Below, piece after piece: positions 28,571 through 36,576 of a stretch of 64,000 nt of DNA. The stretch comes from Chloroflexota bacterium (GTDB lineage Bacteria; Chloroflexota; Dehalococcoidia; CAUJGQ01). The stretch spans positions 19,757 through 83,756 of the forward strand of contig DAINSK010000008.1 of the NCBI GenBank assembly GCA_036741355.1. Direction: 5' to 3'. The stretch's first letter is position 1; every line of letters begins with the position of its first letter. The notes beneath the pieces were generated by a model. The model was not told the DNA's origin. It searched no databases and saw nothing but the letters and a program-made list of their open reading frames with translations. The position numbers and the translations under genes are program-made.

Positions 28571-28620
28571 CCGCCTCCCTCGCCCAGGATTGGGAGAGGG
28601 AGGACGGGAGCGTGAGGGCC
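28571..28620. repeat. GC-rich palindromic repeat, copy 5 (inverted orientation relative to copy 4)
   Basis: The hairpin cctccctcgccca-ggat-tgggagagggagg followed by ...cgtgagggcc. Its reverse complement matches copy 4, including the ggccctcac flank. Confidence 0.6.
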
Positions 28621-28652
28621 GTACGGTGCTACCGTAAAGTAGATGAGAACGG

Positions 28653-29027
28653 GTGGGTAAAGGAACTAGGGGACGCGGCGTGGTATCGAGCGGGGTAAAA
28701 GTAGTCGTAGAGCCGTCGGAGGGGCCGCTGGCGGAAGCGGTGCGCCGGCTGGTCGATCTGTTCCGGCCGGAGCGGATCTACCTGTTCGGCTCGCAGGCGC
28801 GCGGCGACGCGACCGAAGACAGCGACTACGATCTGATGGTCGTCGTACCCTCTGATGACGAGCCACGCTACCGCCGGGCCCAACGCGCGTACGGCGTTCT
28901 CTACGAAGTCGATCTGCCGGTCGACGTCCTGGTGCTCACGCACGACGAATTCGAACGACAAGCGCCGGTCGTCGCCTCACTCCCCGCAACGGTGCTGCGG
29001 GAGGGGCGGCTACTGTATGCGGACTGA
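28653..29027 (+). CDS. nucleotidyltransferase-domain protein (MNT-type, antitoxin-like)
   Basis: LFGSQARGDATEDSDYDLMVVV is the GS-x9-13-DxD polymerase-beta NTase motif. The 5' end is a GTG at 28653; a GTG at 28680 is an alternative. Confidence 0.7.
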   Translation: MGKGTRGRGVVSSGVKVVVEPSEGPLAEAVRRLVDLFRPERIYLFGSQARGDATEDSDYDLMVVVPSDDEPRYRRAQRAYGVLYEVDLPVDVLVLTHDEFERQAPVVASLPATVLREGRLLYAD

Positions 29028-29160
29028 GTACGCGGGCGAGTTTCGCTATCCCGGAGACGAGGACGTTCCTTCGATTGAGTCGACGAATGATGCGCTGGCT
29101 TTTGCCCGTCAGATCGTCCAGTTCGTCACTCTGCGCCTGCCGCCCGAGGCATCGGCGTGA
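29017..29160 (+). pseudogene. truncated HEPN-domain gene (only the C-terminal 47 aa remain)
   Basis: MRTEYAGEFRYPGDEDVPSIESTNDALAFARQIVQFV matches the C-terminal helix region (..RYP...p..eea.eal..A..iv.fv) of HEPN partners of MNT NTases. Its ATG overlaps the NTase stop by 11 nt, as in HEPN/MNT pairs, but about 70 N-terminal residues are missing. Confidence 0.5.
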
Positions 29161-29695
29161 ACCTGGCCGAGCTGCTGGCGGAGGATCTTGTCGTCTGGAT
29201 GAACGCGGTTCCGGACGGCGTGCCAAGGCGCGTGCTGCTCTGGCTGGACCCTGAGTCCACGTTTATACGAATGTTCGCGCCGGTGAGCCGGGCCCTCGCC
29301 GTACAACACGTTCGCCTGCTGCGACTGGAGCCGCCGGGGGGACAGCTCACCAATACGACTTTACCGTGCAGGCGGTGAACCAGAACCCGGCGAAGGAAGG
29401 CGCCGAAACGGCGCTTGCCTTCTTCATCTCGATGGTCTCAGCGCTGCTCGACCGTCGGCCCGACCCGACCACGGTGGTGGTCGGCGAGATGACCGTGCGC
29501 GGGTTGCTGCAGAAGGTCAGCAGCCTGCCCGAGCGCTTGCAATTAGCGTTGGAGGCCGGTGCAAAGCGAATCCTCATACCCAGTGAGAACAAACGCGACA
29601 TCGCCGACGTACCCGACGAAGTACTCAACAAGCTGCAGCCCGTCTTCTACACCGACCCGATGCACGCCGCCATCCGCGCGATGCGGCTCGAGTGA
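29157..29695 (+). pseudogene. Lon-like (S16) protease remnant: frameshifted fragments, with the catalytic Ser replaced
   Basis: The 29366..29695 ORF encodes KEGAETALAFFISMVSALLDRRPDPTTVVVGEMTVRGLL...ALEAGAKRILIPSENKRDIADVPDEVLNKLQPVFYTDPMHAAIRAM. This aligns with the Lon proteolytic domain (KDGPSAGVTMATAL...MTGEITLRG...AHRAGIKTVLIPEENKRDLEEIP) but has E in place of the active-site S and no upstream AAA+ module. The preceding 29157..29378 ORF is in another frame. Confidence 0.55.
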
Positions 29696-29872
29696 CCGAG
29701 TCCAGCACCCGGTTACCAGTTGCCGTGTCACGGAGAATGGGGTTACCAGGATAGACACAGCGAACGATAGTACGTCCAAACCGCTTGACAAATGATCTGA
29801 ATCTCTGAAAATCGGATATGCAACTTTACATGTCGCGCGGTCTCCCACGGACCTCGAGCAAGGTAGCGGGAT

Positions 29873-30226
29873 ATGAGCACTAGACCAGGTGAGCCTCCAA
29901 GCTTTATCACCACACGCATGGGCAAGCGAGGCACGCTCGTCATCCCTGCCGGCTTGCGCCAACAGATTGGGCTTGAAGCGGGCACTCCTGTTGTCGCCGA
30001 GGCACGAGACGGCGGCGTCTTCATTCGCCCCCTGGTCGGACGCGCCATCTCGTCCAAGCGGCGCCGCGCCGTCCTCGATGCGGCCAATCGTGCGTATGCG
30101 GCCCTGCGCGACAATCACAGCGCATGGGCGGCGGAGCAGACTGAGCGTACTGTATGGGATAGTTTTGCCTCGGAGACGCTGCCGCAGGACGTGTGGTCTG
30201 TGGATGACTCCCTCCCAGAGAAATAA
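29873..30226 (+). CDS. AbrB/MazE-like (SpoVT-AbrB swapped-hairpin) antitoxin-like protein, orphan
   Basis: MGKRGTLVIPAGLRQQIGLEAGTPVVAEARDGGVFIRP is a typical looped-hinge-helix DNA-binding fold. No cognate toxin gene lies downstream. Confidence 0.6.
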   Translation: MSTRPGEPPSFITTRMGKRGTLVIPAGLRQQIGLEAGTPVVAEARDGGVFIRPLVGRAISSKRRRAVLDAANRAYAALRDNHSAWAAEQTERTVWDSFASETLPQDVWSVDDSLPEK

Positions 30227-30375
30227 CGCCGCGCCACAACTTTTCCCAACGCGCCCGTCGCTCCAGGAATGAAGTTGTTGCTGGCGAAGGAACCATCGCG
30301 CTCCGGTGCGTGCGCGCGGTATCCTCGTTCGTGATGCCACACCCACGGCGCGTTTCCGGTAAGGATGGCGAGGCA

Positions 30376-30882
30376 ATGAAAGTATTCGACGCGGTGCGCA
30401 CCCTGACCGCTGTCCGGCGCTACACGGACCAATCCATCCCCGCTGACCTGGTGCGCCGCATCATGGAGTCCGCCTGGCTCACCGGCAGTTCCCGCAATGG
30501 CCAGCCGTGGCACTTCATCGCCGTGCAGGACAAAGCGATGCTTCGGCAGTTGGGCAACCTCGCGCGCACCGGGCCGTACATCGCCGACGCGGCGCTCGCC
30601 GTAGTCGTGGTCATGGAGGAGTCCGTATACAACGTGTCCGACGCCAGCCGTGCAGTGCAGTCCATGATGCTGACGGCCTGGGACGAGGGCGTGGCCTCGA
30701 ATTGGGTCGGCTTCGACAATCTGGAGTGGGCCAACGGCGTGCTGGAGATTCCGCCCGAGCTCAAGGTGCTGGCCATCGTACCGTTTGGTTATCCCCAGGT
30801 GCGCCTGGGACGCGGCAAGAAGGACCGCAAGCCATTAGCGGAGGTCGTGAGCAGTGAGCGGTACGGACAACCGTTTACGTAG
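30376..30882 (+). CDS. nitroreductase-family protein
   Basis: SSRNGQPWHFIAVQD is the (S/N)-x-x-N-x-Q-P-W-x-F FMN-binding motif. The C-terminal portion is EGVASNWVGF. Confidence 0.8.
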   Translation: MKVFDAVRTLTAVRRYTDQSIPADLVRRIMESAWLTGSSRNGQPWHFIAVQDKAMLRQLGNLARTGPYIADAALAVVVVMEESVYNVSDASRAVQSMMLTAWDEGVASNWVGFDNLEWANGVLEIPPELKVLAIVPFGYPQVRLGRGKKDRKPLAEVVSSERYGQPFT

Positions 30883-30927
30883 CCGCTGTGGCACCGAACG
30901 CAGCATGGAGACGGCTTTGGGCGGGCG

Positions 30928-31278
30928 TTATGGCAAGGTCGCATCAGCAAACGACCATTCCTTGTCGGTGTAGCGAAAGAGGATCTCCTGCGCCCGTTCC
31001 TCGTCGCTTGCCCGAACGCGAACGACAAGCGTGTTACATTGCCAGATGTTGCGCAGGAACTGGCTGGCGTGCTGGGTTCCCATGTCGGAGAGGATTAAAG
31101 CGTGCGCTTCGATGAGGATCACGTTGGTTGTGACTGACCGGTAGTGGGCATTGATGATATTACCAAGGATAGCACGGGCGTTGTCGTGATTGTCATCGCG
31201 ACGGTTGAGTAGAGCGCCATAGGAAGAGCTGTCATGGAAGACGCGGCGGAAACGAAGTGACCGGGGAAGGGCAACCAT
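30928..31278 (-). CDS. PIN-like toxin (VapC-like) of a type II TA pair
   Basis: 116 aa with a C-terminal ...WSFADATL (a PIN-like terminal Asp). The start is 4 nt from the stop of the upstream small gene. The assignment is tentative. Confidence 0.45.
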   Translation of the reverse strand: MVALPRSLRFRRVFHDSSSYGALLNRRDDNHDNARAILGNIINAHYRSVTTNVILIEAHALILSDMGTQHASQFLRNIWQCNTLVVRVRASDEERAQEILFRYTDKEWSFADATLP

Positions 31279-31281
31279 AGG

Positions 31282-31599
31282 TTATTTCGGGCGGTAGGCG
31301 CGAGCTAAAGCCTCATGCTTCTTGCCAGAGACGCCACCAGGAGTCTTACCCTCGCCGATGCTAATCAACCGAAAGAGCGCGTCATCGGGCTTGAGAATGC
31401 CGGTCTTGCGGCGGGCTCGGGGCTTTTGCGGTTGCCGGTTGAGACGCTCGTCAGCGTCGACTTGCTGCAGCGGAGCGATGGAAAGCGGCTTGCCCTCGAC
31501 ACGAACGACCTGCCGCTTGCCGCTCCTGGCAACGGCTTCAGCAGTCAGCATGAACTCTACCGCTGAAATAGTGTCTGGGCGGCCAGCTTCCCGAGTCAT
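31282..31599 (-). CDS. antitoxin-like small protein (VapB-type partner)
   Basis: 105 aa, basic, encoded immediately upstream of and coupled to the PIN-like gene. There is an AT-rich promoter patch upstream. Confidence 0.45.
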   Translation of the reverse strand: MTREAGRPDTISAVEFMLTAEAVARSGKRQVVRVEGKPLSIAPLQQVDADERLNRQPQKPRARRKTGILKPDDALFRLISIGEGKTPGGVSGKKHEALARAYRPK

Positions 31600-31820
31600 A
31601 TCTGTTTAACCTCGCGAACATATCTTACCAGATCGTTGAAAGTCATTTCTATGCAAGTCGTGATAGAAGCTCATGTACGGCCTTATGGTGTGTGAACCGC
31701 ATATAAAACTCATGAGTCGTCTAGAGGATCTCCAACCGCCCGCCTAGCTGCCCGTCCTTCGCCTCTCCGGTGCGCGCCCTCGTCCTGTACACTGGGCGGA
31801 GTTTATGTCCGGAGGCAGCG

Positions 31821-33920
31821 ATGAGCGACCCGTCCAGACTGTGCCGCCTTTCCTTGTTGTTGGCCGTGCTCCTGCTCGGCGCAGCGTGTAGCGGCACCAA
31901 TAACGCGAAAGAGGCACCAACCGGCACCGTTGCCGCCCGAGCCTCTTCGACCGTAAGCACCGGCAAAGTCCAGCCAACACAGTCCGCGACCAGCGCCAAA
32001 GTCCAGCCAATCCAGACGTCGACCGGCGCCGCCGCCTCGGGCCGCCTCGGTGGCCAGACGAGTCCCTCACCGGCGGCGCAGCAAACTCGTTCGGCGGCGC
32101 AACCGGGGCAGGCGCAGTGGACCGTCCTCGTCTACATGGCTGCCAACAACAACCTCGAAGGGTCTACGCTCCTGAACCTGCTGCAGATGGCGGACGCCGC
32201 GTCGTCGCCGCAGGTGAACGTCGTCGCACAGATAACACGCGACCCCGCCTCGGACATCACCGACGACATCGGCAACCTTGGGTCGTTCACAACAACAAAG
32301 CGCGTGCTGGTGCAACACGGTCGGTTCGTCGAGCGCGACGACCTGGGAAAGGTGAACTCCGGCGACCCGGCAACGCTCGCGGACTTCATCTCCTGGGGCG
32401 AGCGCACCTATCCGGCGCAGCACTATATGCTCGATCTTTCCGACCACGGTGGCGCCTGGCAGGGCTGCTGCGAAGACGACACGTTCAAGAACTTCATGGG
32501 CCTGGGTTCGCTTCAGCGGGCGTTCAAGCAAGGTGGCGGAGCGCCGCTCGACATTATCGGCTTTGACGCATGTTTGATGTCGAGCGTCGAGGTGGGGCTG
32601 GCGCTGCAGCCGTACGGCTCCCTATTAATAGGGTCGGAGGAGAGTGAACCGGGGTTGGGTTGGGACTACACGGCATTTCTGAGCGCGCTGGCCGGCAACC
32701 CCAGCATGAGCCCCAAAGCCCTCGCCCAGACGGTTGCCGATACGTACCTGGCGGGGCTCACAGACAAGGCGCCCGACGAGGCGCTGTATTCGACGTTCAG
32801 CGTCACCGACCTCCAGCAGTTGACCCCCGTTGGCACGACCACCGCTGCTTTCATGAGCGCGTTGAACAGGTACGTCAACAATGGCACGCAGTCGAACTTG
32901 CCCGAACGTCTGACGCGCTTCAGCCAGGTGTTTTTGCAGGCGGAATTCGAGACGCCGGCCTTCGGTTCCACGGGTCCCGGCGACCTTGGAATATCCTTGG
33001 ACCTTGGCATCCTTGCGCAGAACGCGGCCGTCGAATCGGGGTCGCCAGAGGTACAAAAGGCTTCCGCTGACCTCAAGCAGGCACTGAGCCGGGCCGTCGT
33101 CTACAACATCACCGGCAAGGGATATGCGGGGATGCCCCCGAGCGGCATCTCGATCGCCACGCTCGCCACCGGTGACACCCACAAGAAGGACGTCAAGGCC
33201 TACAGCAATCTCACGTTTGCCGCTCCGACGGGCTGGCTCGCCCTTGTCCAGGAGTTCGACACGGCGGTCGCCGCCGCATCGGACCTGGGCGCGCAGCCGA
33301 CCGTCGCGAGCCTGCAAACATCAGCTCGCTCCATTAGTAGAGGCGCGACCGCAACCATTAGCGGGCAGGTGCGCGACGACCTGGTTGTGACCGACGTAAA
33401 ACTGAGCGTGACGACGGCGCTGAACGGACAGGATGTGCAGATCAGCCAGGATAACCGTGTAAAGCACCTTGGCAAGCGGATCGACTTCACGTACGACTTT
33501 GACGGCCGCGGCTGGTATATGACTGACGGGAAAGTGAACGAGCTGGCATACAGCGAGGACTGGCGCCCCGGTCAGCGGATCGTCTTCGGGACGTACCGGC
33601 AAGTCCCACAGGATGATGGTGACGAGGCCTACCTGCTCATTGATGAGGCGTCGGGCCGGATACTGCAAGCATTCGACATTGAAGGCGACCTGGGCCTGCT
33701 CGGAGCCCTGCTCCCTGGCCCCCGTTCGACGTTCTCCCCATACGTCTTCGATGCCAGCGACGAAGTGACCGAGATTCCACTTGACCCGGTGAACCTCAAG
33801 ACGGCGAAATTCACTCGTTCGCCGTTACCGGCGGGGAAATACAGCATCGTGGTCGATGCTGACAACATCAGCGGCAACAGCGTTTCAGACTCGGTCTCGG
33901 TCACGGTTACCGGGCCGTGA
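31821..33920 (+). CDS. clostripain-family (C11) cysteine peptidase lipoprotein
   Basis: A lipobox LLLGAAC is followed by WTVLVYMAANNNLE...HYMLDLSDHGGAW...IGFDACLM. This includes the C11 catalytic His (DHGG) and Cys (FDAC). Confidence 0.8.
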   Translation: MSDPSRLCRLSLLLAVLLLGAACSGTNNAKEAPTGTVAARASSTVSTGKVQPTQSATSAKVQPIQTSTGAAASGRLGGQTSPSPAAQQTRSAAQPGQAQWTVLVYMAANNNLEGSTLLNLLQMADAASSPQVNVVAQITRDPASDITDDIGNLGSFTTTKRVLVQHGRFVERDDLGKVNSGDPATLADFISWGERTYPAQHYMLDLSDHGGAWQGCCEDDTFKNFMGLGSLQRAFKQGGGAPLDIIGFDACLMSSVEVGLALQPYGSLLIGSEESEPGLGWDYTAFLSALAGNPSMSPKALAQTVADTYLAGLTDKAPDEALYSTFSVTDLQQLTPVGTTTAAFMSALNRYVNNGTQSNLPERLTRFSQVFLQAEFETPAFGSTGPGDLGISLDLGILAQNAAVESGSPEVQKASADLKQALSRAVVYNITGKGYAGMPPSGISIATLATGDTHKKDVKAYSNLTFAAPTGWLALVQEFDTAVAAASDLGAQPTVASLQTSARSISRGATATISGQVRDDLVVTDVKLSVTTALNGQDVQISQDNRVKHLGKRIDFTYDFDGRGWYMTDGKVNELAYSEDWRPGQRIVFGTYRQVPQDDGDEAYLLIDEASGRILQAFDIEGDLGLLGALLPGPRSTFSPYVFDASDEVTEIPLDPVNLKTAKFTRSPLPAGKYSIVVDADNISGNSVSDSVSVTVTGP

Positions 33921-34118
33921 ACCAGGCGCGCGGACATCCCTGAAAGTGGCGCAGTCACGTCGCGTCAAGCGCTGATATCTGGGAGGGCCCTTCCAGCATT
34001 GGGTGCGGCGCCCAGGCGCTCGAAGGCGATCTGGGCCGCCTGAAGCTCCATCTCGGACGCATCGCGCATTGCTGCGTGAGATTAAACTAGCGCATTATCA
34101 ACCACAGGAGGCATATCA

Positions 34119-34403
34119 ATGTACGCGGTAATTCGACGTTACAAGAACCCGAAGCTGATCGGGGCCCTGGAACAACGACGTGCCGAAGTTGAAGCAGTCA
34201 TCCGTCCCGTACCCGGATTTGTAGCGTACTACCTCATCAAGTCGGGTGACGGCGGCACGTCCGTCACGGTGTGCGATGACAAAGCAGGAACTGACGCCTC
34301 AATCCAGCGGGCGGCGGAGTGGATTCGGAGCAACCTCCCAGACGCCGCTGGCGCCCCGCCCGAGGTCACGGAGGGCAACGTGATCCAGGAATTCACCCGG
34401 TAG
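34119..34403 (+). CDS. small ABM/Dabb-like (ferredoxin-fold) protein
   Basis: 94 aa. MYAVIRRYK...GFVAYYLIKSGDGGTSVTVCDDKAGTD fits an antibiotic-biosynthesis-monooxygenase-like fold. Confidence 0.45.
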   Translation: MYAVIRRYKNPKLIGALEQRRAEVEAVIRPVPGFVAYYLIKSGDGGTSVTVCDDKAGTDASIQRAAEWIRSNLPDAAGAPPEVTEGNVIQEFTR

Positions 34404-34472
34404 ACCGCCGGGTTCCGCTCAGGTTGGCATTACTACCAGCAACCGCGCAGCAAACAACGGGTATCCCGCGCT

Positions 34473-34511
34473 AATGGAACAGGCTCGCCATCTCGGCGGG
34501 CCTGTTCCATT
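34473..34511. promoter_or_regulatory. perfect 12-bp inverted repeat (aatggaacaggc / gcctgttccatt) with a 15-nt loop, upstream of the LLM oxidoreductase gene
   Basis: Seen directly in the sequence. No U-tract follows. It could be an operator or an RNA hairpin. Confidence 0.3.
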
Positions 34512-34615
34512 GCCGCGATCCGGCGCGGCGTCCCGTAAGTCTCGTGGTAGCATGGTTCCCGCTACGACGGCGGTCCCGGCCGCAGCCTGACGTCTCCCAA
34601 CGTGGATCGAAGACC

Positions 34616-35641
34616 ATGCAATTTGGACTGCTGTATGACTTTCGGAATCCGTCTCGGTGGCGGGTATCGAACGAGCGGCTATACGCGCAGACGATCGAGC
34701 AGATGGTGTACGCCGAGCAGCTTGGCTTTGATTCCGTCTGGATCTCGGAGCATCACTTCGTGGACGACGGCTACTGTCCATCGTTGTTGACCATGGCTGC
34801 CCACGTGGCAGCGCGCACGAGCCGTGTTCGAATCGGCACGTCCGTGCTGCTCCTGCCGTTCCACGATCCGCTGAGGGTGGCAGAAGACGCCAACACGGTG
34901 GACATCCTGTCAGGTGGACGGCTGGACCTGGGCATTGGGCTCGGATATCGCGCCGAGGAGTTCGAGGCGTTCGGCTTCCCGCGCCGTCAGCGTCCCGCGC
35001 GTTTCGAAGAGAACCTCGCCATCCTGCGCAACGCCCTCGCCGGTGAGCCGTTCACCCATGCGGGGCGCTATCATCGCATCGAACGCCCGATCACCGTTAC
35101 CCCACCGGGAATCCAGCAGCCGGCGGTACCGATCTGGTGCGCGGCATCGAGCCTTCCCGCGGCGCAGCGGGCGGCGCGAGAAAAGCTGCACCTGACGATC
35201 CGCGGTAGCCGCGACGTGTACGACGCCTGGGCAGACGGGCTGCACGTCCAGGGCGAGGATGTGGCGCAGTACCAGTGCGTCACGCGCCGTTCGTTTTATG
35301 TAACCGACGATCCCGAGCGGGCCTGGCGCGATCTCGGCCCGCACGTCCGCTACCAGACCGAGGCGTATGACGAGTGGGGTGCGGCGGGTCTGCAGGCCAC
35401 CACGGACGCTCAAGCCGAACTCGAGCGACGCGCGAGGCAGACCTGGATGATCGGTAACGCGGAAGAGGTCGAGGCGATGATCCGCGCCTACCACGAGCGG
35501 TTGCCGTTCACCCAATTACTCAGCTTCGGCGTCCCGCCGGGGTTGGAGCCGGAGATGATGAACCCGGCGCTGGAGCGGTTCGCCCGCGAGGTGATGCCAC
35601 GGCTTCGCCAGAGCGACGAGCAACCGGTCACCGCCCGGTGA
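34616..35641 (+). CDS. LLM-class flavin-dependent oxidoreductase (luciferase-like monooxygenase)
   Basis: MQFGLLYDF...QLGFDSVWISEHHF...LGIGLGYRAEEFEAFG are the LLM motifs. Confidence 0.85.
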   Translation: MQFGLLYDFRNPSRWRVSNERLYAQTIEQMVYAEQLGFDSVWISEHHFVDDGYCPSLLTMAAHVAARTSRVRIGTSVLLLPFHDPLRVAEDANTVDILSGGRLDLGIGLGYRAEEFEAFGFPRRQRPARFEENLAILRNALAGEPFTHAGRYHRIERPITVTPPGIQQPAVPIWCAASSLPAAQRAAREKLHLTIRGSRDVYDAWADGLHVQGEDVAQYQCVTRRSFYVTDDPERAWRDLGPHVRYQTEAYDEWGAAGLQATTDAQAELERRARQTWMIGNAEEVEAMIRAYHERLPFTQLLSFGVPPGLEPEMMNPALERFAREVMPRLRQSDEQPVTAR

Positions 35642-36440
35642 ATCGCGGCGGCCTCTTTTCCCGAAAAGCGGCCAATCCCTCCTGCAAATCTTCCAGCTCG
35701 CGCCCCTGCACCACCGCAGAGCCCTGGTGCCAATAGGCGCCGTCGGGATCTTTGTCCCAACCGGAATAGACCGCATTTTTGGTCAGACTGATCGCCGCGG
35801 TCGGCCCGGAGGCCAGCCGGCGTGCAAGCTCGTCCACGGCGTCGTCGAGCTCACTTGCATCGACTACCCTGGTGGCGAGGCCGAGACGCAGCGCCTCGGC
35901 GGCGTCCAGCGGTTCGCCGAGCAGCGTCATCTCCATCGCGACGCCGACGCCGACGTACTGCTGCAGGAGGTTCGTGCCGGTGGCCAGACCGCGCTGGATG
36001 AACGGCGTCGCCATGCGCGCGTCACGGGCCATGACCCGGAAATCGGCCGCCAGCGCCAGGTTGAAGCCGGCGCCGTATGCAAAGCCTTGGATACGGGCGA
36101 CGATCGGCTGGGGCAATTTCCGCATCAGGCGAACGGTGCTGGTCCAACGGCCCGGCCCGGCGACGTAGTGCTTGATCGGGCCGGCCCGTCGCTGCGACAC
36201 CGCCTCATCAGGAGCTCGTTCCCGCCCAAGCTCGTCGCCCGCGCAAAACGCCCGCCCGGCGCCCGCAAGCACGATCGCGCGGATGGTCGGATCATTCTCA
36301 CAGCGCGCGAACACGTCGTAGAGTTGCAATCCCAACTCATGGTTGATGGCGTTGAGCTTCTCGGGCCGGTTCAGCGTTATACGCGCTACCGCTCCGGCCT
36401 GCTCGAACATGAGGATCTGACCATCGGTGGGTGCGTTCAT
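35628..36440 (-). CDS. enoyl-CoA hydratase/isomerase (crotonase) family protein
   Basis: VARITLNRPEKLNAIN...AIVLAGAGRAFCAGDEL...ARIQGFAYGAGFNLALAADFRV is the crotonase oxyanion-hole signature. Confidence 0.88.
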   Translation of the reverse strand: MNAPTDGQILMFEQAGAVARITLNRPEKLNAINHELGLQLYDVFARCENDPTIRAIVLAGAGRAFCAGDELGRERAPDEAVSQRRAGPIKHYVAGPGRWTSTVRLMRKLPQPIVARIQGFAYGAGFNLALAADFRVMARDARMATPFIQRGLATGTNLLQQYVGVGVAMEMTLLGEPLDAAEALRLGLATRVVDASELDDAVDELARRLASGPTAAISLTKNAVYSGWDKDPDGAYWHQGSAVVQGRELEDLQEGLAAFREKRPPRFTGR

Positions 36441-36576
36441 ACGATAGGCTCCAGTCGTTGATGAAGACTAACGCGTCAATAGTAAATCCTTGCGGCGGCG
36501 ACGTGGCCGGGTGCACCCGTGCTCCGTGGCAACAGTACGCTCTGAGCATGTAGCATGGGACGGCCCCGGAGGAGTT

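Noticed and set aside
28157-28698. ORFs 28157-28408 and 28402-28698 between tRNA-Phe and the NTase gene
   Set aside because: They span the palindromic repeat copies and have Arg/Gly/Pro-rich low-complexity translations. No RBS or domain supports them.
28147-34500. att-site direct repeat of the tRNA-Phe 3' end, and an integrase marking an intact integrative element
   Set aside because: No copy of the terminal 12-20 nt of the tRNA was found downstream by eye, and no integrase or recombinase ORF is present. The island is treated as ancient and decayed rather than as an intact element.
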